A program made the position numbers and the translations under genes. A DNA stretch of 64,000 nucleotides from an uncultured candidate division Zixibacteria bacterium (GTDB lineage: Bacteria > Zixibacteria > MSB-5A5 > GN15 > PGXB01), in the NCBI GenBank assembly GCA_963702205.1, contig OY969724.1, positions 320,001 to 384,000 on the forward strand, in the 5' to 3' direction. The notes under the pieces were generated by a model. That model ran no database searches. It saw only the letters and a program-made list of their open reading frames with translations, and was not told where the DNA came from. This document shows positions 1 to 9,358 of the stretch, piece after piece (positions within the stretch are counted from its first letter, which is position 1; every line of letters starts with the position of its first letter).

Positions 1-6
1 CAATGT

Positions 7-2358
7 TCACAGGCTAAGTCCTTGTCTCGCAACATCCGGTGAACGTTGCGCACTTTGTGCACGTTGTGGAGGGTGTGGCGCATCAATGCCGAATTTGGCG
101 GCAACGGCACTTAGTTTTTCGAAATTCCTATCGCCCCGATCCACATAATACCCATCCCGTCCCTTGGTCGGGTTAAGCTTGAAAGAATTCCGGAGAATGG
201 AACCGATCTTCTTTGAGGTCAGTTTAAAATTGGGATTGTCCATTTGTTCCTGGGCCTTTTCGGTAATCGTTTTAATCCTGATATTTTCGTCTGCGTTTTC
301 ATGCCATAATTGGCACACCACCCCCGCCACAATGCCATCAAGAGTCTCGCCACGTTCCTCTATAATTTGCTTATTCCGGTCTTCCATGAACGCGATGAAT
401 TCCTCTTCGACATTTTCATCACCGATCACACTCAGTAACGGTATCATTATCTGGGCCAGACGGGGCTCAACTGCCAACCCCGGATTGTTGTATCCGGCAT
501 TGACCTTGCCATATTTATCAAGGCGCCATTTCAAGAGTTTATTTCTTATTGCCTTGGCTTCATCCCAAAACGTATTGGGCAGGTTTATCGGGATATCAGT
601 CCGGGTAACCTTCTCCATAATCTCTGTAATGCACCGGCTTTCCAGGGCCATATCTTTGAAGTTATTCCGTGAGGCAATTAGTTTGGGGCCGAAAACATCA
701 AATGACATAGGTTCATATCCGCCTGCTTTGGTTACATCTGATATCAAGACCGGAAAGCCCTTTTGAAATCCCGAATTGAGTATCTTGACCACGCGGTGCG
801 ACTCATCACTGTCGTTAAAATCGGACTCATCAATGATCATGGTTCCCTTGTAGGCATCTATCAGCCTGAATATGGGTGAAACCGATGCCGCTCCAGTGCA
901 GAATATGGGCTTATAACACAAAGAACCAACCGTTATCAAAAAGCGGGATTTCCCACAGCCATAATCACCCTTGACCCTCAAATATGGCAGATTGGTGAAG
1001 GAATCATATACCCATGTTAATAGGACATAATATTTGGCAATATTATGAAAAAACGGCGACAGCTGAAGATACCGGTAAATGAAATCATCGATTTCTTCGA
1101 TCAGCAATCCTCCGCTGACATAATCATCGACTTTGGATGGGAATTGAATGGTATTCGATTGAATGATCTTCCCCGGTTTAAAAGGGCATATAATCTTCCC
1201 GGATTGCGGCTCCTGATAGTCTGCCACATACTCAATCCTGCCGTCAGAATATTTGGCAAACATAGTCTCGGGATTAGCGGATGAATTATAGAGCATTTCC
1301 AAAATAGTGCCGTCGGGAAGCGTCCGGAAACTGGTGAAAATAGGCTTGTTTGGCTTAGCAGCCTTAAAAAGCGGGCATTCCTTCTCGCATAGTTCCTTCA
1401 GCAAATGGTCATTGCAGCCATAATCATAATCCTCTGAATATGCCGATTCGACCGTGGTTTCCAGTTCACATTCTCGTAAAGGCGGGCTGTTTTTTTGATT
1501 CCATTCCACCAGCCTGGTCAATGTTTCCTCTTGGGATAATTCTTGCTGTTTGAAATGGGCCGCCAGTCTGATTCCGGCTTCATTGCGCTGCCCTGAATCC
1601 GTTCCTTCAAGGAGTTTTTCGATACAGGGACGTTTAATATCGGGATCACCGCTGTGTTTAGGTTTCCTATTCGTTAATAATGATTGACTGAATTTGTCGA
1701 TGATGCTATTATACATTTGCTCAAGGGATTTTGAGCATAAGGAAGAAGCGCTGGTGTCGGAACCTGGTTCCTTTGGGGCCGATGCCAGCTTTTTTATTGT
1801 CTCTGCGTCATGTTGGGCAAGTTCCTCGATGGTGAGTGGAATCTTATAAAGCCCTGACTTTTTATTGATAGTGTTTGGCATCCGCCAGAGCCGGTTTTTC
1901 TCATAAATGGTCATATCGATTTTGATGTCACGGGTAATCCGCCGGGCCATTTCTTTGAAAACCCTCGGCAGGTCCGGTCGGGGCTGGGCATTGGATGATT
2001 CCGACGGAATGCCGACATGAAAACCCTTATAACCTGAGAAGTATATTAGCGGGACGATTCCGAATTCGGTGTCAATTCTGGTTACCAACTCTATAGCCTG
2101 GCGTCGAGCCTGCTCCAAATCGTTTACATCATCAATATCAAACCAAAGATAATCGGCATAACAGGACATTTGGTTATTGCCCTTTACCGAGCCGGTAATC
2201 TCGATATGCTCCTTGAATTCCTCCTTAAAGCGGAACATCGACATATAGCACTCAATTGGACGGTCCGGCTGGTGGATTTCATCGATCTTCTTAATATGGT
2301 TACGATTCCTGACGTCGCCAAAGGCGGTATCAACGAAGGCGAATTCATCAAAATACAT
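7..2358 (-). CDS. Primase/replication protein: AEP primase + PriCT-1 + P-loop NTPase/helicase-like domain
   Basis: AEP motifs WFDID, YFSGYKGFHV and RLWRMPNTIN; PriCT-like RNEAGIRLAAHF...WNQKNSPPL...ELETTVESAY; Walker A GDYGCGKS and Walker B MIIDE; GAGGA RBS upstream. Confidence 0.85.
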   Translation of the reverse strand: MYFDEFAFVDTAFGDVRNRNHIKKIDEIHQPDRPIECYMSMFRFKEEFKEHIEITGSVKGNNQMSCYADYLWFDIDDVNDLEQARRQAIELVTRIDTEFGIVPLIYFSGYKGFHVGIPSESSNAQPRPDLPRVFKEMARRITRDIKIDMTIYEKNRLWRMPNTINKKSGLYKIPLTIEELAQHDAETIKKLASAPKEPGSDTSASSLCSKSLEQMYNSIIDKFSQSLLTNRKPKHSGDPDIKRPCIEKLLEGTDSGQRNEAGIRLAAHFKQQELSQEETLTRLVEWNQKNSPPLRECELETTVESAYSEDYDYGCNDHLLKELCEKECPLFKAAKPNKPIFTSFRTLPDGTILEMLYNSSANPETMFAKYSDGRIEYVADYQEPQSGKIICPFKPGKIIQSNTIQFPSKVDDYVSGGLLIEEIDDFIYRYLQLSPFFHNIAKYYVLLTWVYDSFTNLPYLRVKGDYGCGKSRFLITVGSLCYKPIFCTGAASVSPIFRLIDAYKGTMIIDESDFNDSDESHRVVKILNSGFQKGFPVLISDVTKAGGYEPMSFDVFGPKLIASRNNFKDMALESRCITEIMEKVTRTDIPINLPNTFWDEAKAIRNKLLKWRLDKYGKVNAGYNNPGLAVEPRLAQIMIPLLSVIGDENVEEEFIAFMEDRNKQIIEERGETLDGIVAGVVCQLWHENADENIRIKTITEKAQEQMDNPNFKLTSKKIGSILRNSFKLNPTKGRDGYYVDRGDRNFEKLSAVAAKFGIDAPHPPQRAQSAQRSPDVARQGLSL

Positions 2359-2367
2359 TTGATTCCT

Positions 2368-2450
2368 CTATTGTTTTTCAAAAACAATAGTAAATCGATT
2401 TATGAATTCAAAAGATAGATCCGGGAAAAATCCGAGAAAATAGTGAGAAA
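2368..2450. promoter_or_regulatory. Palindrome and direct-repeat cluster upstream of the primase gene (operator/origin candidate)
   Basis: CTATTGTTTTT-C-AAAAACAATAG (2368-2390), TAAATCGATTTA (2391-2402), TGAATTCA (2403-2410), then ATCCGGGAAAA/ATCCGAGAAAA (2419-2440). Confidence 0.5.
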
Positions 2451-2470
2451 TTTATGTCGATGGTAATTTT

Positions 2471-3763
2471 TTATTCTAAACTTAATCGCCACATATCCGA
2501 TGCGGTTTCATGGCGTTCAAAAATCATATCAAAGGATTTCTTACGACTTCTAAAAATGCTCTTAAAACTGGATGTCGACAGTTTGACTTTATTCAGTACT
2601 ACCTGCTCCACTAGAAATTCGTTATCATTCATGTAATTTTCGAAAAATATTTCTATGATTGGAGCCTGATTCTTCGTAAAATTGAACTCCCCTTTAGAGC
2701 ATATAATCTCCCTGCCATTGCCAATGAGCCTTGGCGGTTTTTCTGAGTTTTCTAATGCCAGATTATCCTTGACTACAGCGGCCTTATGTTTGCCATAATT
2801 TTGACTCGCCCCTATTTCAGACAACAGTGTATTCAATGCATGCAGCATGGCATTCCCGCGTTTAACGAAGGCCTTTGCTACCCTATATAACGCTTGCTCC
2901 AAAGTGTCATAAGGTTGGACCTCTGGATATGACTTGAAAATGAAACATAGCTCAGCCGGAAGTTTAAAAATGATTGGCTTGTTGTCAGCATTTTCGGGTT
3001 TATTGTGGAGGAAATGTACCGATAGGCCCTCGCCTTCTTCCTTGATATTGTATTCATATGTCAAAGGATTAAGGCTAGCCCATAAGTATGGCAATTGCCC
3101 TAAATAGTCGCAAAATTCATCGTAATTGTATTCCAACTGATTTGCGTATATTTTCGGCTCAGGGGCTGCAACATATTTTCTTGAGTATTCCAAGACTTTT
3201 TCCAATAATGTGATAAGATTGTCAATTAATCTTTCTGCATTATCAGGTATTGACGAACTATATGCTTCGACCTGCATTTGCATATTACTTTCATACGTTT
3301 GCTTTAGAGCCGTCAAATACATCACTATTGTCTCACACATCCAATGGGATGTATCTAAAATATCAACAGGATCTTCAAGTGAATCGATTCGCGACGTATC
3401 AACTGTTTTAAATAACTCATACAAAGCATATGGAATTGCAACAAGTTCACTTTTTTTCGCAATTGGATATTCTGCCCTTGCACGAAATTTGAAGAAATAA
3501 TTATCGTCCAACGAGTCTACTTTTACATCCCACTTGGCTATGTCAAACCCAGACCATTTATGAGGAAAGTATTTTAGCCCAAATAAAAATGCCTTGGCTT
3601 CTTCGCAGCAATTTCGGACAACAATCATAGACATATCATCGATGCTTCCACGGCTAAAGCAATTCTCACACTTGCTCCTGATTTCTTTGGCAGTCTTAAT
3701 GGTGTCATTCGTTAGTTGTAGTGCGTGGTCTGGGATGTTCATATTATTTTTGAAATATTCCAT
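2471..3763 (-). CDS. Hypothetical protein, possible C-terminal winged-helix DNA-binding domain
   Basis: 430-aa ORF in AT-rich DNA; the last ~70 aa have a helix-helix-strand pattern ending MWRLSLE; co-oriented upstream of the primase gene. Confidence 0.65.
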   Translation of the reverse strand: MEYFKNNMNIPDHALQLTNDTIKTAKEIRSKCENCFSRGSIDDMSMIVVRNCCEEAKAFLFGLKYFPHKWSGFDIAKWDVKVDSLDDNYFFKFRARAEYPIAKKSELVAIPYALYELFKTVDTSRIDSLEDPVDILDTSHWMCETIVMYLTALKQTYESNMQMQVEAYSSSIPDNAERLIDNLITLLEKVLEYSRKYVAAPEPKIYANQLEYNYDEFCDYLGQLPYLWASLNPLTYEYNIKEEGEGLSVHFLHNKPENADNKPIIFKLPAELCFIFKSYPEVQPYDTLEQALYRVAKAFVKRGNAMLHALNTLLSEIGASQNYGKHKAAVVKDNLALENSEKPPRLIGNGREIICSKGEFNFTKNQAPIIEIFFENYMNDNEFLVEQVVLNKVKLSTSSFKSIFRSRKKSFDMIFERHETASDMWRLSLE

Positions 3764-4208
3764 TAGGCTATTCCCAATATACCTATGACATTATTGTCCA
3801 CCCATTGATAAGGTTAAATTATATGGATTTGGCCCTGTTGAGTCAATTCTATAAATATCGGTGGAGAAAGCTAAAATCCTCCTGTGTATAACCCACCCAA
3901 GGGCCCTAATTTGACAATCATGGCCAGGGTTTGGTCTTTTTGCAATTTGGGGCAAATGGCCTCTTGCAAATCCTTGACAAAAATGATTTTTATATTAGTT
4001 TTCAGTATCGGGAGTTGACCAAATTGGTCTTTCAAATATCCCGGAAGGGGAGCGATGACCAGAAACTCAATTTGGGCTCTCATTGGTCTGCAGTTGTTGT
4101 GTATAATTGCGACCATTTCGGCTACCGTTCATTGTGTTTATGCAGTGGCAATAATTTACCATTATTATTAAATTATATATCATATAATATCTGTAAGGTT
4201 GGCATAGA

Positions 4209-5930
4209 GTGTCCTTTAATTTAATATCCATAGCAAAAAAAGGGATTATTTTGGGCAATCCTTTACGTTTTCTTGGCTGCCATAGTGGTATGGATATTGG
4301 AGATATTAAAAGAGCGTATAACGATTTGGTAAGGATTCGCCTAAAACAAACCGACAGTATTTTACTTCCTATCGATCCTTTTGGTAAATATGATACTATT
4401 CGAGTTAATCGAGAAATGGCTGACCAAGCCATAAAGATATTAGACATTCCAGGAAAATTGCTAATAGCTAAGTTGTTTTATCTAAGTGATAATAGTATTG
4501 TAATTCTCAAGGAAAAGAACTTTGGTGCTGACACATTTTCCAAAAACCTGGATTATCTTAAGGGATTTACGAATTTCGACACGCAATATGCAGTAATATT
4601 CGATTTATACGTCGGGTTATTTAAGAACCATTACAAAAATGCTATATCTTATGCTGATATTTACAAGTTTATTAGCAAATTAGTATCATTGATAAAATAT
4701 AGACAGCCGAAGGATCAGAATTCTCCGTATTCGAATCAATCAATCAATGGGGCTGATGATCAAATCTGGGATTTAATAATTTATGATCTAATATTCTGTA
4801 ATTATTATCTATCCCAAAGGGACCTTAATATCGCGATAATTATCCAAAAGGCAATTGAAGACCTTGTTTCAGAAAACTCAAAGGCAATGCTCCTAAACCA
4901 AAATGTTGGACGAATATATAATAATGATTTTCAAGCTATCTTACAAAATGCGCTTAATGATCTTTTGGTAATTATATCGGACTTCAAGAATTACAATACT
5001 AATTCATACTATTCCAATTTATCGAAAAATGTGGGGAAAAGAGTCAAGAACGCAGTATCTCCTGCTCTGCAACTAAAAAAACTATATGGCAATAAATATA
5101 TTGAAATAAAATTAGGTCTTCAAAGCGTTTCTGAGAAAATTAGAGACATATCTATAGACGTAAATAACGAATATGAAGATTATGCAAGTGCACTTGAAAT
5201 ATTAGACATTGCATTATTGCTTGCGTTCGATAGCGACATTAAAAATAAACTGAATAAAGATCGAGAAATAATAAATAACAATTATTTGCGGAAAAAGGCC
5301 GATAATGCTGAATCTCCATCCCCTGTCCCCGAATACATGACTGTGTCCTCCAAATCGGTTCCAGAGAAAAAACAATCTCCGTTATTGAAATTTATATCGG
5401 AAGCATTCTATAATCGACCATTTTTGGCATTTTATACAACTCTTTTTTTAATCGCATTTTTAATTGCAGCATTATCAAGTATTTTTGGCACAAATGACTC
5501 ACAATCCAATCGTAATACAAAAAGTATAAATAACTCGGAAACTCAGATTAATAATAATCGACCCAATAGTCTCGCAGGCGGCAATCAGAATTATATTACA
5601 GAATCAGAACTATATAAGACTATTCAAAACAACAAACAGAAATTGCGCGAAATGGATGGTAAAATAGACGCTATGAATAATAAATTAAAAAAATGGGACA
5701 AAGAGATAACTGCAATCGAAAGTAGGCTTGAAGACTATGCAGCAATAATCAATGCTGGCATTGATTCTTATCAAAAAAACTATGATTCATTATATGCAGT
5801 ATATGAGTCAAGAATAAATCATTATAATCTTACAATCCAATTGGGGAAAGCCCTTTTAAACACATATGAAAATTTAATAGACTCAACAAATCTTTTAATA
5901 GACATTTATAATGAAAGATATACGAAATAA
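4209..5930 (+). CDS. Membrane protein with degenerate J-domain-like N-terminus, one TM helix and a C-terminal coiled coil
   Basis: NPLRFLGCHSGMDIGDIKRAYNDL resembles J-domain helices I-II but has no HPD; hydrophobic FLAFYTTLFLIAFLIAALSSIF; heptad-rich C-terminus. The start may be TTG at 4251. Confidence 0.7.
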   Translation: MSFNLISIAKKGIILGNPLRFLGCHSGMDIGDIKRAYNDLVRIRLKQTDSILLPIDPFGKYDTIRVNREMADQAIKILDIPGKLLIAKLFYLSDNSIVILKEKNFGADTFSKNLDYLKGFTNFDTQYAVIFDLYVGLFKNHYKNAISYADIYKFISKLVSLIKYRQPKDQNSPYSNQSINGADDQIWDLIIYDLIFCNYYLSQRDLNIAIIIQKAIEDLVSENSKAMLLNQNVGRIYNNDFQAILQNALNDLLVIISDFKNYNTNSYYSNLSKNVGKRVKNAVSPALQLKKLYGNKYIEIKLGLQSVSEKIRDISIDVNNEYEDYASALEILDIALLLAFDSDIKNKLNKDREIINNNYLRKKADNAESPSPVPEYMTVSSKSVPEKKQSPLLKFISEAFYNRPFLAFYTTLFLIAFLIAALSSIFGTNDSQSNRNTKSINNSETQINNNRPNSLAGGNQNYITESELYKTIQNNKQKLREMDGKIDAMNNKLKKWDKEITAIESRLEDYAAIINAGIDSYQKNYDSLYAVYESRINHYNLTIQLGKALLNTYENLIDSTNLLIDIYNERYTK

Positions 5931-6306
5931 TAATGATACAGAATGTGCTGTCGCTTTAAATTCAATTGTCGATATGGCAATTGATGTCTGGTTAGTCTTA
6001 AAACACTTAAATTACCAACCCGACCATCAGTCGATCCCTTTAAAATTGGCGGTTCCATTGGCCAGAATAGAGCAGTTCTTTAAGGACAGCGATATTGAAT
6101 TGATCGATTTGACTAACCATGAGTATGACCCAGGATATGCAGTTGGGATTGTTTCTTATACTTGCGATCCGAAATCGCTAAAATCCGAAGCGATAATTTC
6201 TGAAATGGTCAGGCCAATAGTTAAATATAAGGGCAAAGTATTTAGGCAAGGTATGGTGATCTTATCTCAAAAACCCAAAAATGCCAATGGGGGAAAGAAT
6301 GATTGA
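5911..6306 (+). CDS. GrpE-like protein (short, divergent)
   Basis: LTNHEYDPGYAV and IISEMVRPIVKYKGKVFRQGMVIL match the GrpE C-terminal beta domain pattern; overlaps both neighbouring genes. Confidence 0.75.
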   Translation: MKDIRNNNDTECAVALNSIVDMAIDVWLVLKHLNYQPDHQSIPLKLAVPLARIEQFFKDSDIELIDLTNHEYDPGYAVGIVSYTCDPKSLKSEAIISEMVRPIVKYKGKVFRQGMVILSQKPKNANGGKND

Positions 6307-8827
6307 AGTCAATATTGGAATAGACTTGGGGACAACAAATTCATCCATCGTTGGATTTGATGAAAACGATTTTAGGGTTTATAAAAACAGATATCAAATG
6401 GAGGTCACGCCTTCTGCTGTAATGATAGGTAAAAATAACAGACTGATAATAGGGCAAAAGGCATATGAATCTTATTCAATGAACCCTAATGATGTTAAAT
6501 TAGAGTTTAAAAGACTGATGGGGACTAAAGAAAGCGTTTTTTTTGAGACTTCTCAAAAATATATGACACCCGAAGAATTATCTTCTGAGATATTGAAATC
6601 ACTAATATCCGATGCTCAAAAATTCTATGAAAGTCAAATCGTCTATGCCGTGATAACTATTCCAGCAGCATTCAAGGCAATGCAATGTGAATCAACTAAT
6701 AAAGCAGCAAGATTGGCCGGATTATCTGAATGCGCCTTACTTATGGAACCAGTTGCTGCGTCAGTTGGATTTGCCGGGAATTATTTTGATGTAAATAATA
6801 AATGGCTTGTCTATGATTTTGGTGGTGGAACCTTTGATGTTGCAGTCGTATCCCATGAAAACAACATGCTTTCTGTTTTGGAACATAGTGGGAACAATAT
6901 GCTCGGAGGAAAAAATATAGATGATAAAATTATTGATGATATTTTAATCAGTCATCTTCAAGACAATTACAACGTCCCAGACAAATCGCATGACATTAAT
7001 AACTACTTAAATTTGAAACGAAGGCTGAAAAACTTCGCTGAGACACTAAAAATCGAATTAAGCGTCTTGGAGGAAACTAAGGTTGATTTATATGACATTG
7101 GTCGCGATCTTGACGGGAAAGAATACGATTTAAATATTTCCATTAATAGAAAGGAAGTTGAAAAGATCGCCCAACCTTTTATCCAGGAAACAGTCTATTA
7201 CTGCAATGAAGTCATGGAAAATGCCGGTTTAGAAGCAAATGCATTAAGCAAGGTTTTATTAGTTGGCGGCCCTACTCAAATGCCCATTTTAAGGGAAACT
7301 TTGGCAGAGGAATTTGATATTCCTTTAGATTTTTCTATAGACCCCATGACAGCAGTTGCAAAAGGCGCGGCCTTATATTGTTCGACCCTTGAAAGACCCA
7401 CAAAAATGACGCGGAGCCATATTATAAAAGAGGATCACTCGCTTGTTGAACTTACTTTGTCCTATCAAAAAGTAAGTTCTGTCATTGATCCACTAATAAT
7501 TGGTGAAATCTCAAAACAGTCAAATGTTGATAATTATTATGAAGTTTGTTTTGAAGGGTCAGATGGCGTATGGAATAGCAATTGGATTCCTATAACAGAT
7601 GATAAATTTGAGACTAATTTGCAATTAATTAAAGAATCATCAAATCAATTCAATATCACAATGAGGGATAAGTCGGGAAAGAAGATTCAATGTACACCTC
7701 AGGTGATAACTATTAGACACGGGGTCGAATTTGATGATTTTAAGTTGCCGCACACTATAAGCATAAAGGTTAGAGGGGATGACGGCAATGACTTTCTCGA
7801 ACCTATCTTCCCCCGTAATACGACACTACCCCAAAAAAAGGTTAAAACATACGCTGCTACGAAAACATTATTACCGGGATCGAATGATTCAATAGATATT
7901 CTGATGTATGAGGGTGAAATAATAGAGTCCCCGGAAGCTAATGACTTATTATCCAATATATCAATAAAGGGTAATGAAATACAAAGACCAATACCCATAA
8001 ATACGCCAATAAACATAATTTTTAATATTAGTAATTCAAGAATATTAAAGGTGACAGCATATGTTGAGATTCTAAATAAAGAATTTGTCAATCGATATAT
8101 TCCTGACGAGGGCCAATATGACGTGAATACATTATATGCTCGCGCTAATTCACAGCTTGATAGTGCTTACGAAGATATTCTTGATTTATGTGAAAATAAA
8201 GACTCCCTATTAAATGAGACTGAAATTATTGAATTAGATTCCTTAAGAGATCGAGCGGATACCATATTCATTGAGACAAAGGAAATAACAGAAATAGACA
8301 AAAAGGTCGATCCCGATAAAATAAAGAGAGTTCATGCCGATGTTAATAAATTAAATCAGCGTCTCCATAAAATTAAACAAAAGGTTAAATTAAATATTGA
8401 ACAGGATTTGCACTTGCTTGTCGCCAAGTTTGAAGAATCTGCCGATGAGGTTAGGGTACTTTTGGATGCTGATGATAATAGACAATATATTCCCCAATTT
8501 AATAGAGTCTATAATGATGCAAAAATATGTTTTGAGAATGATAATATAATCGGCTTTAGAAAATGCTTTGATGAAATGGATAAAATAAAATGGCAACTTA
8601 GAATGCAGAACGAGCAATTTCTTAAGGGAGCATTTGAATATTTTGAAAGCATACGAGCGATTTTAAAAAATCAGATGGAAGCAGACAGGCTATTTATATC
8701 AGGTCAAGAACACATCAGTGAAGGTGATTATAATAGTCTTCGGAAAGTAATTGATGATCTATATGATCTTTTGCCAGATAAAAGCAGTCAGAATGAAGCG
8801 TACCGGTCGGGAATCAAAAACATATAA
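6299..8827 (+). CDS. Hsp70 family protein (non-canonical DnaK/HscC-like)
   Basis: IGIDLGTTNS, EFKRLMG, LMEPVAA, VYDFGGGTFD, LVGGPTQMP, AVAKGAA; SBD-like PIFPRNTTLP...MYEGE; ATG at 6299 overlaps the upstream stop codon. Confidence 0.93.
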   Translation: MIEVNIGIDLGTTNSSIVGFDENDFRVYKNRYQMEVTPSAVMIGKNNRLIIGQKAYESYSMNPNDVKLEFKRLMGTKESVFFETSQKYMTPEELSSEILKSLISDAQKFYESQIVYAVITIPAAFKAMQCESTNKAARLAGLSECALLMEPVAASVGFAGNYFDVNNKWLVYDFGGGTFDVAVVSHENNMLSVLEHSGNNMLGGKNIDDKIIDDILISHLQDNYNVPDKSHDINNYLNLKRRLKNFAETLKIELSVLEETKVDLYDIGRDLDGKEYDLNISINRKEVEKIAQPFIQETVYYCNEVMENAGLEANALSKVLLVGGPTQMPILRETLAEEFDIPLDFSIDPMTAVAKGAALYCSTLERPTKMTRSHIIKEDHSLVELTLSYQKVSSVIDPLIIGEISKQSNVDNYYEVCFEGSDGVWNSNWIPITDDKFETNLQLIKESSNQFNITMRDKSGKKIQCTPQVITIRHGVEFDDFKLPHTISIKVRGDDGNDFLEPIFPRNTTLPQKKVKTYAATKTLLPGSNDSIDILMYEGEIIESPEANDLLSNISIKGNEIQRPIPINTPINIIFNISNSRILKVTAYVEILNKEFVNRYIPDEGQYDVNTLYARANSQLDSAYEDILDLCENKDSLLNETEIIELDSLRDRADTIFIETKEITEIDKKVDPDKIKRVHADVNKLNQRLHKIKQKVKLNIEQDLHLLVAKFEESADEVRVLLDADDNRQYIPQFNRVYNDAKICFENDNIIGFRKCFDEMDKIKWQLRMQNEQFLKGAFEYFESIRAILKNQMEADRLFISGQEHISEGDYNSLRKVIDDLYDLLPDKSSQNEAYRSGIKNI

Positions 8828-8948
8828 ATGACATTCAGAATAACTTAAAACTGGATACAATGACTGAGGCCGGAATACTTAATGGGATATAAGTGAAGCG
8901 AATTGATAAATATTGATAATAAGAATATTTCCCCAAATAAGAGGAATT

Positions 8949-9305
8949 ATGACAAACATAATAAATGCAATATATCCATATAAATGGCAGGGTTTGTGGG
9001 TGTTCGATGATGAAACCGTGGGATTGGAAAAGGAGCCATTTATATCAGGCGCAGATAAAATGATTGATCAGATGGTTGAAAATAAAGGCTTAAAAAACCC
9101 TGCGAAAGGTTTTCGACTTATCTTTAGCGCCGGAGAATTTCCGAATTATGATATAATGTTTGACTGGGTCAGGGAAGGCGACGGTGGCAATTGGTATAAA
9201 TCAGAGGATTTGCACATGGAAGGATGGCTCTGTCCGGCGCTACTTAGATACTTCGATAAAGCCCCCAAGCATATTTTCGCCCGATTTGAAAACAAATTAC
9301 CTTGA
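8949..9305 (+). CDS. DUF6717-like protein
   Basis: PYKWQGLWVFDD...EPFISGAD...GNWY...GWLCPALLRYF pattern recalled for this family; GAGGA RBS before ATG at 8949. Confidence 0.7.
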   Translation: MTNIINAIYPYKWQGLWVFDDETVGLEKEPFISGADKMIDQMVENKGLKNPAKGFRLIFSAGEFPNYDIMFDWVREGDGGNWYKSEDLHMEGWLCPALLRYFDKAPKHIFARFENKLP

Positions 9306-9317
9306 TTTTTCATAATC

Positions 9318-9341
9318 AAAAGGCGGCCTTTCGACCGCCTT
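9318..9341 (-). terminator. Intrinsic terminator between convergent genes
   Basis: Minus strand AAGGCGGTC-GAAA-GGCCGCCTT followed by TT. Confidence 0.7.
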
Positions 9342-9358
9342 ATATTGTGCTCAAGCCA

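Noticed and set aside
3871..4224. Short ORFs (81 aa minus, 97 aa plus) and a GACCAA-A-TTGGTC palindrome in the divergent intergenic region
   Set aside because: No RBS or motif support for the ORFs; the palindrome alone is too little to assign a function.
6299..8827. Housekeeping dnaK
   Set aside because: No canonical linker, extra insert, AT-rich island context, no hrcA or canonical dnaJ; gene symbol withheld.
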